Assembly: GCA_002811645.1 (NCBI GenBank)
Contig: PDIP01000030.1
Location: 86,481-150,480 of the forward strand
Direction: 5' to 3'
Origin: Corallochytrium limacisporum Hawaii
Lineage: Eukaryota; Protista; Pluriformea
Length of the DNA: 64,000 bases
Shown: piece by piece, positions 11,333 through 22,628 of the stretch
How positions within the stretch are numbered: position 1 is the stretch's first letter
Layout: every line of letters begins with the position of its first letter
Notes under the pieces: generated by a model
Told to the model about the DNA's origin: nothing
Seen by the model: the letters and a program-made list of their open reading frames with translations, nothing else
Databases searched by the model: none
Program-made: the position numbers and the translations under genes

Positions 11333-13210
11333 TTACAAATCGAGATTGTCCAACTCCAAGCATCGAAACTTAGGAAATACGAGCTGTTGCACCAGATGTT
11401 TGCGGATCTGTTGCCGCAAAAAACTCTCCACCTTCTCAACGTTCGACAGTGGAGCTTTGGAAGGATCACCCAGCTTGGTACGCAGCTGGATCTGCCGTAA
11501 GGGATGCTCATTCATGTCCATAAGGGACATGGCGGAGCGGCTGATCATATTGTCGCGTCCACGTCCTTTGAGCTGGCCATGCAAACGTTCACTCGAATGG
11601 CTGCTGCGGTGGAATGCGTAGTGATTGGTGCCGGTGTCAAGACGTGGTGGCGCCAAGTTGGCTTCCTGGTGCAGAGCTTGGCGTGTGGTGCTCGTGCGAT
11701 CATCATATTCATCACATGGCATGAGGGTAATGCAGGCTTTGTGTTCGTGCAAATGGAAGGCCACGATTAAAACCGCATTTAATTCTATGGCGGTAATGTC
11801 AACGTGAATAGGTAGGTACGCAAACGCGGGAGTTGGGAAATTCACCGTCAGATCACAATCAATGCCAGCCCTGATGTCACCCCGGTAGCTTATATTCACT
11901 TCGACCTGCAAAATGTCAGGCGCCTTCCACTTGCGATCAAGACCATCTCCCTCGTCATGGCGACCCTGACGATGCGGATCGGATATATTGATCTCGCTGT
12001 GTGCCAGGCGTTCCCAACTGCCCTTAACCTCTTTGGCCATACTGCTTTCCGTCTCTCCGACGGCCGCCTCCAACAGCGGCCCAACTCCAACGCTTGAGGA
12101 CCGCAAGTGTCGCATACTACGACGCCTACGACCATCAGACATACCTCCTGCTCCAGTACTGCTTGCACCGCTCAGACTGCTGCGTCCATACATGTGCTCT
12201 TCCTGACTATTTATGGCTCGGACAGTGAGCTCGTCTTCGTCTTCTTGCGTCGTGGATCCTCCAAGCCAATCATCTGTGGTGCTTCTGCTAGGATGCCGCT
12301 CACTCTTGGCTCGAGGCTGCTGTGGCGGCGATGTCACATCCAAGGGGCGCATTTCCTCGTCCTCGTCGTTTTCAGTGTCGTCGTCGAGTGCATCCTGGTC
12401 GACAGGAAAAATTGCTGCCGAGCTCTGCCGCCACCGCTCGACATTCTCCAAGCTATCCTGCGGCATCAATTTGGCACCTCGAGGTGTGGTCTGCGTACTC
12501 CCACTCTGGGTCGCAACTGTGCTTTGCTGTACGCCCAGAGCACCCCTGTGGACGATGCCTGTGCCATGTCTTGCCGCTCCGGACGGCTGGGATTGGGGTT
12601 TTGAAGTGCGATCGGCATTGGCCTTTCCAGTGGGCGCTTCGCCTCGGCGATATCTGCTGTGGCCGCCCGGTGCAGGCGATGAGTGATGGTACGTTGGAGT
12701 TCCGACATTCGTTGCGTACTGCACAGCTCCTGATGGAGTGGCCGGAGCAGGGGACGGGGGCGGTCGGTTGAACGCAGAGGCTGCGGATGCGGCCGACGAC
12801 GAGGGTGCGTATCCGGCAAATCCCGACGGTGTACCCGGGGTGGACCGCAGACCACCATGGTCTGTGGTCTGCCGGTGTCTGCTTCTACCTCCTGCGTAGT
12901 ATCGTTCCCGTTCAGACTGCTGCACGAGGTACGTGTACGTAGCGGTGGGGTCGGAATTGAACTCACCGGTACCAAACGAACCGTCGGCCCCGAAGAAGAT
13001 TTCGTAGGGATCTCCAATTGATCGAATTTCCACGTCCGGTGCATTCTCTCCAAAAGCAAGGTCGCTTATTGATATTGAGCCGATCGGCAATGACCCGCCA
13101 TGTTGAATTTGTAACTTTTCTATAATGTTGTTTAGCTGCTCGTTTAGATGCCGCTCGACCTGTTGAGCGACTTCAGTGTCGAATTTATCCCAGTCAATTT
13201 TTAGGGACAT
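11333..13210 (-). CDS. MDM12: Mitochondrial distribution and morphology protein 12 (ERMES SMP-domain subunit) with large disordered insertion
   Basis: N-terminal MSLKIDW...FGENAPDVEIRSIGDP; LTVNFPTPAFAYLPI; C-terminal LSNVEKVESFLRQQIRKHLVQQLVFP. Confidence 0.9.
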   Translation of the reverse strand: MSLKIDWDKFDTEVAQQVERHLNEQLNNIIEKLQIQHGGSLPIGSISISDLAFGENAPDVEIRSIGDPYEIFFGADGSFGTGEFNSDPTATYTYLVQQSERERYYAGGRSRHRQTTDHGGLRSTPGTPSGFAGYAPSSSAASAASAFNRPPPSPAPATPSGAVQYATNVGTPTYHHSSPAPGGHSRYRRGEAPTGKANADRTSKPQSQPSGAARHGTGIVHRGALGVQQSTVATQSGSTQTTPRGAKLMPQDSLENVERWRQSSAAIFPVDQDALDDDTENDEDEEMRPLDVTSPPQQPRAKSERHPSRSTTDDWLGGSTTQEDEDELTVRAINSQEEHMYGRSSLSGASSTGAGGMSDGRRRRSMRHLRSSSVGVGPLLEAAVGETESSMAKEVKGSWERLAHSEINISDPHRQGRHDEGDGLDRKWKAPDILQVEVNISYRGDIRAGIDCDLTVNFPTPAFAYLPIHVDITAIELNAVLIVAFHLHEHKACITLMPCDEYDDRTSTTRQALHQEANLAPPRLDTGTNHYAFHRSSHSSERLHGQLKGRGRDNMISRSAMSLMDMNEHPLRQIQLRTKLGDPSKAPLSNVEKVESFLRQQIRKHLVQQLVFPKFRCLELDNLDL

Positions 13211-13529
13211 GATAGAAGTCTACAGATCGATGTGTCTCTGCGGAGTGATCATGATTTTAAGTGTCCCTTGGTGTCTTTTACATTCGCTGCCTGCCCTTCA
13301 CTTAACGTCTCGGAAGGTTTGTATTGCAGTCGTTCAAAAATATCAGGTTCGTGATTAGGCTCCTTACGGTCTTGCTCAATCTGCCTGCACCGTTTTACTG
13401 ACCAGAATGAAAACAGCATAGCTTTTCATTGTTATGTTTTTTCTCTGAATCGTGATTTGCGAACCAATGATAGGCCCCAATGATACGAGCATTCCAACAC
13501 GAGATTTGCTTCCACCCGGCATTGAAATA

Positions 13530-13546
13530 CCCCCCCCCCCGGGGGG
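13530..13546. promoter_or_regulatory. C11-G6 self-complementary element about 320 bp upstream of MDM12
   Basis: cccccccccccgggggg; member of a recurrent promoter-region motif. Regulatory function is inferred. Confidence 0.5.
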
Positions 13547-13701
13547 TGCGAAGGGGCAGCTAGCTCTGCTGCTGTTGCGCAATCTCAGAGCGCAGACAAA
13601 GACCCGGGGGAAAAGTGGGAGGGGGAAGATTCATATTTCTTGGGAAGTATTTTATGTACACGACTAGATTACATGTCTATTGTGCAGGCCCAAACATAGC
13701 A

Positions 13702-16700
13702 TTACCACTGCGATGTGTGCCTCAGGCTAGGAGTCGTACTACTGGCAGTGGAGCTAAGGTCAGAGGCAATCGATGCCCGTGATGTTTGCGCGTCGAGCGC
13801 AAGGGTCAGATTGGATGTGCGAGTGATACTGTACTTCTTCGTAAAGTGCAAAAAGACACAGGCGGAATCGACAGGGCGACAGTTTGCGGTCTCCAGCCAG
13901 AGCGGACGGTAGCCCTGCTTGATTGCATGTATGGGGATCACCGCGGAGCTAAGGACCTTGCCTTGTGGTTTGACTTGTACCGCGCTTACCATCAAGAAAG
14001 CACTGGATGGATAGCGCACCATGAAACGCGCAGTCTCATTCCAGATTGGATCAAGGGAGTTCTTCTTCTTTACAGATGTCGTGATGATCTGATAGTCACG
14101 CTGATGTCCGCACAGGCGCAGCTCGAGCATAACGTGTCCGTGACTGAAGTAGCCTGTGAGCCGGTGCGCGCTCTCAACACGGACAAGAAGTTCCATCTCT
14201 TCCTCAATGTTCTTGGTATCCCTGAGACTCCCGTCAAAGGTAGCATCGGATCGGATCAGATCAAATGGCTTAGCCACATAGCCAATACCACCATTTTGAC
14301 GGAACATGAAGTGATTTAGTTGAAGGGCTCTACCAGGAGTCTGGTAATTCAAAGCAACCATTTGCACACCACAGTTCCAGTAGCGGACGGGATCGAAGTT
14401 GGTCGAGTTGTAGCGCTTTACACTTGGGTACACACGACAGACATGTTTCTTTAGATGCTCCGCCCAGACTGTTGCCAATTTGAGGCTTTCTGTAAATCGG
14501 CGGGCCTTGATTTCGCCGTGAGAGATCATCTCGAACGAGGATTGTTCTTCCGCGCAGTAGCCCAGAGTGCCCACACGGACGCCTTTTAGATAGACACTGA
14601 GGGCACCTAACGCTTCCGTGATGGGTGCTTGGGGTTCCCGGTGATACGAAACCAGATCAGTGTTCAGAGGACCGTCATCGGTCATCCATGACAACGACTT
14701 GCCTCGCCTGCGACCGCCACGTTTCGGTGTCAAAGGAAGCCGCATCTCCTCATTGCTACGCGTGCTGGCCGAAGGGCTTGATTTCTCTGCGGTGCTCTGC
14801 TCGGCTTCTCGGTCAGGCTCACTACCGTTTGATGGCGGATCCTGTTGGCTCAACTGCTGGTGCAGAGCCTTTGGATTCTTTGGTACCTCAGAATCACCAA
14901 GGTCTTGGGAGTGCGGAGGACTGCTTGACGTCAATTGGCTGTTGGCACGAATGCGCTTGGAATTGCTCGGTGACCGTGACGAGTTTAACACCTTTGTTTT
15001 CACAAGTACACGGTATTTTAGCAATTCAAGCGGTGGGTGCTCCTCGGTGAAGTCATCGACGATGGCATCGAGGAGATGTTCTCCAAAAACATTGCGGAAC
15101 TGCTCCACCATGACCCTCTGTTGCGATACGCTGCAATGGTTTTCGATGCTCAGGATCAATGGGTACGGGCTAGCGATAAAGGCATAATGGTATATGACCT
15201 TGATGACACTTATAAAACTAATGCGTGTCGTTAGGGTGCGCCCGTGAGTAATGATCGGCTGCCCGTCGTTACCATCCCAGCAGTCCAGCTCTATAGACCG
15301 ACATCCCCGTAACAAGGCACGAATGTAGCCTTCAACACTAGAATCTCCTCGAAGCTGATCACCCATCAGATACGTGTTGTGGCTGCTGTCGATATAGTAT
15401 GTTGAAAAAGCGCCAAGCAGGGGTACCTTTGGAGGTAGTAGTGTTGACCGATCCACATACCAGTTATCCTTAGAGTACATGTACGCAAAGAATTTCCGGA
15501 CACTGATAGTCTTCCTCTTGGTGTCTCCGTACTTTTCCATTATTTCCTCCAGTTCCTTGGACGTTACATGCTCGCGCTGGACAGAGTTCAGGAAATGACC
15601 AAAGTCCTGGGCCGTCATGACCTTGCTGTCAGAGCAGAATGAGTTAAAAATCGCGATCAGTCTCTCACCGCCCATGAGCAGTCGATAAAGATCCAAAAAG
15701 TTATGGAACGTCAGGAATCCCTTGTTCAAACTGATGGTGAGGATGTCCGCATCCAGTTCGCTTTTCTTCACTCCCAATAGACGCTCGATGAGCATAAGCG
15801 CCTTGGCGCTACTGATGTTGCCATCTGCTTCTAGCATGCCACTCTGTAAGTACTCCTGTCGCAGCCAATACTGAACGTACGGCGCACGTCCATTGATGGC
15901 ATCAGTGTGTCGCTTACGAAGTTCTTGGATCGCTTGGTAAATGAAATCATGATCTTGCAGGCTGTCACAGACAATGTCGATATAATGCCAGTCTCCAAAC
16001 ACCACACAAAGCGTGCGCTGGGCAAGGCTGGCCGCGTTGTTCATATTTCTGGCCTTCTTATGGAAAACGCATCTACGGACATCCACGATATCGGGAATGC
16101 AGATGCTTGTTTCGATATATCCAGCAGTCTTGTGACGCCACATGAGTATCATCTCTAGGTCGTCAAGCTGCAGGAAGTGGCGCACGAAAGACCGGCTCTC
16201 ATGCCTTTGCACCATAATGCCATCCTGGAGCATGCTTACGGCATCATTGGGATCAATGAATACAGTTTTTGGTGGGTCCATATGAAGGGAATCTTCCTGG
16301 AGATTAAGGCCTTCAAAACTTAGAAGTTTCTTGTACGAAATGGCCAGATTGGATAACCTCGCAGGAGCCAGCCCCGGGTGGATGTCCCGGATCTGAAGCT
16401 TTCCCTTCTTGATATTTGGTGCAATCACAGGGGTCATGTCGCGTGCACGTAACGCAAGGTAGAGGACTCCATCTGAGACCTGAGAGTCACCAGTTCTCGT
16501 ATCAAGCTCTTCCAAGAATTTGTTTAGAAACTCCTCTTGCTCATTGTAAGCTGTGACGCTCATACCTTCCAGCCTATGACGTCTCTCCTCCACATCTAGC
16601 TCCAAGGCATCTTGCAGAGCGAACAGGAACAGTTGACTGTCATTGGTGAATGGAGACTCCTTAGAAACGTGGAACATGAGGCCAAACATAATCATGTCAT

Positions 16701-18168
16701 TGCCAAGATGTAGGGCCTGAGTATCGTTCGCCGCGTAGCCTTCCTTAATCATCCAACTCACAGCACTCTTGCCAGTAAATGCGTTAACGTATGTGACCTT
16801 ACCTTGCCTCTTGTCTGAGGTCTTCAGGGAACCAGCCATGCGATGAGCAATCTCACGGACCTCTTCTTCAGCAATGTCTTCATTCACAGGGTCAATGAGA
16901 TCCCCACTGAAATCATAGCCTGTGCTCAGGTCTAAGCCACTCTTCTCGTCCTCCGTCATTGTGGGCGTAAATTGATCGCCACTACCGCCACTGCTGCGGT
17001 GCAAACGGGTAGGGCTTTCTGAGGTGGTAGTCGCAGAAGGATGATTAACCAATGAGCTTGACTTGATGGACTCAGTGTCGTCATCATCTTCAACAAAGCG
17101 GTAGAAGACGCCACTGTTCTCGAAATTGCGTTTGTCGCTAACGTGCTGAATGAAGCCACCAAGCATGAGTGCATTTCCCAGCCGTACAGCAGCCATTTCA
17201 TTCGAAGCATAGTGATGGCGAAGCATCCATTTCACTGCATCCTTCCCAAGAAAACAACCCTCGTACATCTTGGTTCGAGTCTTGTTCCGACGGTCCTTGA
17301 TTTCAATGAAATTCTTCATGTTCCGGGCGAGCTCTGCCAGAGTGTACTCTGGTGTGACAGTCTCGGCACCGGTGTCGGACACTTCTCCGGTCTCCTCTGC
17401 TGCGATAGCAGCCTCCTTGACAATTGTACCCTTTCCTTTGGTCAGGTCCACTTGGCGAGGGGTTGAAAGCGCGGGCGTATAGCAATTCCCATCATCTTTG
17501 AAATTGCGCTCACCGGCACAATGTACGATCATACCAGCTTGTATCATTCGTTTCGCAATGGTAACAGCTTCCTGTCTGCTCAATGCATATCCACGATTTA
17601 CCAGCCATGTAACTGCGTCTGAACCCGCAAAGCAGTTTCTGTAAATTTTCAGCCGGTATCTCCGATCCTTCAATTCTAGATCATTCATCATTTCCTGACT
17701 AAGATCCCGAATTTGTTGAATAATTTCATTGTGTGTTTCCCGCTGGTCTTCTGCATCCGGAAGCTCTGTGACAAACTTTTTCGATAGGATCATGGTCCGC
17801 CGTTTGACAGCTTTGGTCGACCGTGATCTCCGATCCCGCGGAGATCCTGAGATGGATGCTCTTCTTCCCCTTATTGGCGTGCTGCTACCAGTTGGAGTCA
17901 GTGTACCCGTGGAATCTAGGTCCTTTGTGGGTGAGCTATCCCTTCTTACAGCAGACAATGAGCTTCGTCGTGCAACGTCAGGTCCTGCGAATGGGAGTGG
18001 GCTGATCAACCCGTTCGCAGTCAGTTTTTTGACAGGAACGGGAGTCTCGTTGTTGCCAAACTCCTGCTCCGTTCCCATTGACGGAGGAGGAATGGCTTTT
18101 GCCATGTTTTCACGTTCTAATAATGACGGAACCACTTGGGCTCTCTTTGCAGGGGTATCTGCCACCAT
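13702..18168 (-). CDS. Phosphoinositide-specific phospholipase C with three N-terminal DEP domains (DEPx3, PH-like, EF-hand-like, X, Y, C2)
   Basis: X box YYIDSSHNTYLMGDQL...ELDCWDG...THGRTLT...LSIENHC; Y box RVYP...STNFDP...GVQMVALNYQT; C2 DPIWNE. Three DEP repeats (KDRRYRLKIYRNCFAGSDAVTWL; YEGCFLGKDAVKWM; YVNAFTGKSAVSWM). Confidence 0.95.
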   Translation of the reverse strand: MVADTPAKRAQVVPSLLERENMAKAIPPPSMGTEQEFGNNETPVPVKKLTANGLISPLPFAGPDVARRSSLSAVRRDSSPTKDLDSTGTLTPTGSSTPIRGRRASISGSPRDRRSRSTKAVKRRTMILSKKFVTELPDAEDQRETHNEIIQQIRDLSQEMMNDLELKDRRYRLKIYRNCFAGSDAVTWLVNRGYALSRQEAVTIAKRMIQAGMIVHCAGERNFKDDGNCYTPALSTPRQVDLTKGKGTIVKEAAIAAEETGEVSDTGAETVTPEYTLAELARNMKNFIEIKDRRNKTRTKMYEGCFLGKDAVKWMLRHHYASNEMAAVRLGNALMLGGFIQHVSDKRNFENSGVFYRFVEDDDDTESIKSSSLVNHPSATTTSESPTRLHRSSGGSGDQFTPTMTEDEKSGLDLSTGYDFSGDLIDPVNEDIAEEEVREIAHRMAGSLKTSDKRQGKVTYVNAFTGKSAVSWMIKEGYAANDTQALHLGNDMIMFGLMFHVSKESPFTNDSQLFLFALQDALELDVEERRHRLEGMSVTAYNEQEEFLNKFLEELDTRTGDSQVSDGVLYLALRARDMTPVIAPNIKKGKLQIRDIHPGLAPARLSNLAISYKKLLSFEGLNLQEDSLHMDPPKTVFIDPNDAVSMLQDGIMVQRHESRSFVRHFLQLDDLEMILMWRHKTAGYIETSICIPDIVDVRRCVFHKKARNMNNAASLAQRTLCVVFGDWHYIDIVCDSLQDHDFIYQAIQELRKRHTDAINGRAPYVQYWLRQEYLQSGMLEADGNISSAKALMLIERLLGVKKSELDADILTISLNKGFLTFHNFLDLYRLLMGGERLIAIFNSFCSDSKVMTAQDFGHFLNSVQREHVTSKELEEIMEKYGDTKRKTISVRKFFAYMYSKDNWYVDRSTLLPPKVPLLGAFSTYYIDSSHNTYLMGDQLRGDSSVEGYIRALLRGCRSIELDCWDGNDGQPIITHGRTLTTRISFISVIKVIYHYAFIASPYPLILSIENHCSVSQQRVMVEQFRNVFGEHLLDAIVDDFTEEHPPLELLKYRVLVKTKVLNSSRSPSNSKRIRANSQLTSSSPPHSQDLGDSEVPKNPKALHQQLSQQDPPSNGSEPDREAEQSTAEKSSPSASTRSNEEMRLPLTPKRGGRRRGKSLSWMTDDGPLNTDLVSYHREPQAPITEALGALSVYLKGVRVGTLGYCAEEQSSFEMISHGEIKARRFTESLKLATVWAEHLKKHVCRVYPSVKRYNSTNFDPVRYWNCGVQMVALNYQTPGRALQLNHFMFRQNGGIGYVAKPFDLIRSDATFDGSLRDTKNIEEEMELLVRVESAHRLTGYFSHGHVMLELRLCGHQRDYQIITTSVKKKNSLDPIWNETARFMVRYPSSAFLMVSAVQVKPQGKVLSSAVIPIHAIKQGYRPLWLETANCRPVDSACVFLHFTKKYSITRTSNLTLALDAQTSRASIASDLSSTASSTTPSLRHTSQW

Positions 18169-19991
18169 TCAGAAAGCTCGCTAGATTCACATTACCCACG
18201 CGTTCGTCTCTCTCACTACTAGACTATCTTGCCGCCGTCTGATCAGGAGTCTTGCCGAACTAGCAAGGTCTTTGTTGCAACATGAAAAATACGAACCGGT
18301 AATCCTAATTTCTCTTATTGTTGTCTGGCCCCATGGTCGGACTCTTATAATATAGTTGTCACCTCTGTGTTCTATCTTCCAGACTTGTGTTCGCAGAAAT
18401 ACCATCGTGGTAAGGAAAGCTCATTCGTCTCATCCCATTGATCGTTAAGTTGTTGCACTGTAACGAAGCCTTTGTCGTAGTCAGATATTCCATTGCCCTA
18501 ATTTCCAGTTCCGACAACGGCCAAGGGGTTGCTGCTCCGTGGCTTTACGTGCCACAGCGATTGTGCCTTCTTGAGTGTCGGTGTGTAGAGCGTGTTTGTG
18601 CGAATGATTGAATAGTGGGCACGACGGAAGCCAGCAGGGTGCAGACCTCCCGTCCCAACGCCCGCACACCATTGGAGGATTGAAAGTTGGAGTCCATTTT
18701 GAATGCCACCCTCACAATAAAGGTTCGATTCACCACCACCCCCAACGGACCGGCAGCAAGCAGCCCCGCTGCGCATCTATCTTTGCGCCATCTCTCGTGT
18801 TTTGGTTGCACTGAAATTAAACCAATCTCCGTATGGTCCAAACTGTGTGCCATTCCCGGTGACTCATTGTAATTTTGATATTTAGTTATCAAAGTTGTAC
18901 ACTGTCCCGGGCTGTGCGCAACTATGGAATGGTCCAACAAGAGATCGTCGCGGACCCTCGGCGAGAGGCACAGAAGGGCGAGGGGAATCACAAGCCCCCT
19001 TTCCACCGAATTTAGTACGTATGTTCAGTACTTGACGTCCATTTCTTTCTGTCTCCGATTGGCCAGAAGTTGCCCCCTTCTTCCGTCCCAGGGGAAAGAA
19101 AGAACACTGTCCCGGGTCTGCCACCCGCCCCTCCCTCGCCGTCCCTTGCCTGAGGTCCGCGCACTATGGAAACCCGCATACAAACCGACCAGGTTGAAAC
19201 CAGCACGGTACCCCAAGGAAATGTGACGGCCGCAGAGCGGTGCACATTGTCATCGTCGCCCCTGAACTGTTTTCTCTAGAGCAGACCACCTCCATAGCCA
19301 ATTATCGCCCAGTTCCTAGTACTATGGACAACATGTCAATACCTTCTTTGTTTGAAGTGGGGAACGACAGCTTAATGATTCCGCGATTGTCAAACGCAAC
19401 TCAGTCTTTTGATATCACTAGGGTCATACTGCAACATATAAGCTAATGGAGACGAACAGTAGATCTGTGACATGCTGTGAATTGGTTTCGTACTTTCGAA
19501 ACCTTGCCTCTAGCGAAAACAATACGACTGCAATGTCACATATCTGGTGTTAAGAAGAAAAGAGAGGGCATAAAAGAAAGGAACATTCTAATCTTGTTCT
19601 TCCTTGCGCTCCGATTTACGCAGTAACATTGGTCGTAGGCTCCGTGAATTTGCTATGGAGATAGACATTGCCAATCGTGGAATGCCCACCAGTTCAGAAT
19701 GGCGATGTCGGTAATAGGTGTGTCCGTTGATCCTTGTATCCTTATAGTGGGCCAGTGGACATGCACTCGGCATCGTCTGGCAGCCCAAACACAACATACA
19801 GCGCAGAACTTGCTGGTTTTCAATCCGTCCAGGCACTAGTTCTATGGCTTTAGCTGTATTCGTAACAGGTCGATCGATGTTGGGATAGACAGCCCTCTTG
19901 CACACCGAATGTGCAGCTCTCCTCCGGCTTCCGTACTACAATTGCGAATGCACGTGATGTCAATTGCGAGATGTGTGTGTTTGTGTAGGAG

Positions 19992-20015
19992 CCCCCCGGG
20001 GGGGGGGGGGGAGGG
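19992..20015. promoter_or_regulatory. C6-G14-A-G3 element in the PLC/TTC5 divergent region
   Basis: Six C, fourteen G, then aggg; recurrent motif. Confidence 0.45.
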
Positions 20016-21240
20016 TCGCCACAACAGCAGTGTCTCTGTTGCGGGCCCAAACAAATTTCAGAAACTGCACAAGTAATTGAGGATTCTAAGCGCAGTCTCT
20101 GGCATTGGACCCTCGTACAACCACAACCAAGCCTTGGACCATTCCTACGGAGCAGGGTAAACCACTAGAATCTGCAACAATCTTCAAGTATGCCTAAGAA
20201 TAGCTAGGGTAGGATTAGAAGGCTTCCTATCACAAACGCGCAGTAGAGACCATCATATGTGTGCCATGATATAGTCACCACTGTATTCTCTGGGAATGCA
20301 GCCCGATTGGTGCTTTCATGATGACCACACATGCTAGTCATCTGCCGACCGATTCTTGTGACCTTGGGGATTCAATGCGGTTGAGAGCGAGATCGAAAAT
20401 TAGGCTTGCTTCGACCCACGGCTCGTTTTCATCTCACTGAGGAAAGATTTAACAGTTGGTATCATATTCCTTTAGGTCTACACAACAATATGTTTCCCAC
20501 CTCTGCTTAATCTCCAAATCTATTGACTCAAAATGACAAAAAGCAAACACGACCACGTAGAAGAGGACTTGCATGCAAACGCGACCCAATAAAATTCCAT
20601 ACCTGACGTTCAATTCGGTTGTCCCGCAGCATTCGTCCGCCTCCTTGGGGTAGACCCAACCAACGTGAACAATATTTTAACCAGGGTGAATCTATACAAT
20701 CAATATAATGGGGATCTATTTTTACGCACGCGAGATTGAGACCCGTAGACACCCACACAGTTCACACAGTGTCCGTGTGGCCCCGCCCCTCGCGGTCGGC
20801 GAATTGCCGTGGTGGCCGAGGGAGGAGAAGGGGCAGCCAAAAAGGATGCTCGTGTCCCAGCGAAGAAAAGGTCACTGAACCGTGCCTTTTTCCCGCGGAA
20901 TCCGTCCAAAGCTGTTGGTTGTGGTGCGATTGTGTAAATACATGTTCGGGGTAATATACAATCGTTTGCACATCCCGACTACGTCACATGTGGTGCTTTG
21001 GCTGAACGAAAGTAGTGATTATCAATACTCGTTTTTGAGACCACACCATGGAAGTTGCAGGTATGAGGAATCTGACCTTCAGAGGATCTGATCTATTGAC
21101 CTACATTTGTAATACGTGACGTTTGGCAGGACGATACCTTCTGCCAAATACACATCGCTTCCCTGAGGCAGGTACATGAAAAGTGAAGTTCACAAGAGAG
21201 ACGGAAATAAGCGCTTTCCAGGGTCAAATAGGATTAGAAG

Positions 21241-22521
21241 ATGGTGTCCATCACAGAGGGAAAGCTACATGAACAAAAACCGATGTTCACAAACGACGTA
21301 CACCAAGGTGTGAAGGATCTCTATGAACTTAGGGACCTTTTCCACGAAAGGAATGCTCCTGAGGAATGGGGCAAGAAATGGACAGTCGTTCAAGAGGCAT
21401 GCGATGAGCTCTGCGAGAAGTTGAGGCAAAGTGTTGAAGCTGCGAAGGGCGACGACAAGGCCGAGTTCCTCTTTCTGCTCGGTAAAGCATTGAATGTAAT
21501 GCAGGAACCCAGCGAAGAAGCTGTAGAGGTTCTTGAGCGGGCGGTTAAGCTTAATAGCAGTCTCTGGGAAGCATGGAATGAACTCGGTGAGCTACACTTT
21601 AAGCGCGGCAAGATTACAAACGCCCAGAGCTGTTTCATTGGTGGGCTAAACTACCACCAGAACAAGGTAAGTCACCGCAACCTCAGCATGGTCAATCGTC
21701 ACATTGCATACATTACCGTTGACCCTGCTGAAAAGCTAAAACTCTTCCAGCAGTCCCTGCAGGCTGCCAAGGACTCAGTGCGGCTAGATGTCAAGGATGG
21801 TCTCTCTTGGCTCATTCTCGGCAACGCCCACCTTGCTATGTACTTTGAAGTCTCTCGGGATCCTAGCCATCTAAAGCAAGCACAGAACGGATATAGCCAG
21901 GCTGCTAAGGATCCTGTTCAGCTGGGTAACCCGGATCTGTGGGCACATCAGGGACTACTGCATCGCTTCCAGGGTAATTATGAGGAAGCGGTGGCCGAGC
22001 TTCAGCGGGCAAAGGATCTTGAGCCTTCCAACGATGGCATGGTGAACAATTACAAGAGCTTTGTGGAAATGCTGCAGAAGTGCACTGAATTCCAATCCAA
22101 GCAGGGAAAGCTGAAGAACAAGAAGATCGAACAGATTGTAAGCAGTATCAAGCCTTCTGAAGGCAGTGGATCTATCAAGAACCTCGTGGAGGGAAAGGAT
22201 GTGAATGTGGTCAGCCTCTCAACTTTAGGGTTCATCCCGAAGGAGGAGACTGTGCCACAGACATACACTGTCATCGACTCTGAGAAAACCTGCGCCATTC
22301 TGGGCCTGTATAATGCTAGCACCGACCTCGTCCGCATGGACACCAAGGTGGAAATCACAGAGCCTGACTTTCGCAGTTACAACTTCGAGCACTGTGGGGA
22401 GCGATTCGCGTTCGAAATGTTCCATGTCCACCTACCCCACGCCAAACTTCGCATTAACGGCAAAACTCTGCACAAAGATGCATTTGTTGCCGCAAATATG
22501 GGCAGCACACTGACTCAGTAA
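21241..22521 (+). CDS. TTC5: Tetratricopeptide repeat protein 5 (TTC5/STRAP)
   Basis: LYELRD, LGKALNV, AVKLN..LWEAWNELGE, NLSMV.R, DGLSWLILGNA, NPDL, then a C-terminal OB-like region. Confidence 0.92.
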   Translation: MVSITEGKLHEQKPMFTNDVHQGVKDLYELRDLFHERNAPEEWGKKWTVVQEACDELCEKLRQSVEAAKGDDKAEFLFLLGKALNVMQEPSEEAVEVLERAVKLNSSLWEAWNELGELHFKRGKITNAQSCFIGGLNYHQNKVSHRNLSMVNRHIAYITVDPAEKLKLFQQSLQAAKDSVRLDVKDGLSWLILGNAHLAMYFEVSRDPSHLKQAQNGYSQAAKDPVQLGNPDLWAHQGLLHRFQGNYEEAVAELQRAKDLEPSNDGMVNNYKSFVEMLQKCTEFQSKQGKLKNKKIEQIVSSIKPSEGSGSIKNLVEGKDVNVVSLSTLGFIPKEETVPQTYTVIDSEKTCAILGLYNASTDLVRMDTKVEITEPDFRSYNFEHCGERFAFEMFHVHLPHAKLRINGKTLHKDAFVAANMGSTLTQ

Positions 22522-22612
22522 GGTTTACATACATTGCTTTTTAGTTGAGTACAGCTTTATGCACACAGCACAATGCCACACTATTTCTGCCAGCATTCAC
22601 CCCGCCACCCCT

Positions 22613-22628
22613 CCCCCCCGGGCGCGGG
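22613..22628. promoter_or_regulatory. C7-G3-CGCGGG element upstream of glutamate 5-kinase
   Basis: cccccccgggcgcggg; a second cccgggg at 22647. Confidence 0.4.
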
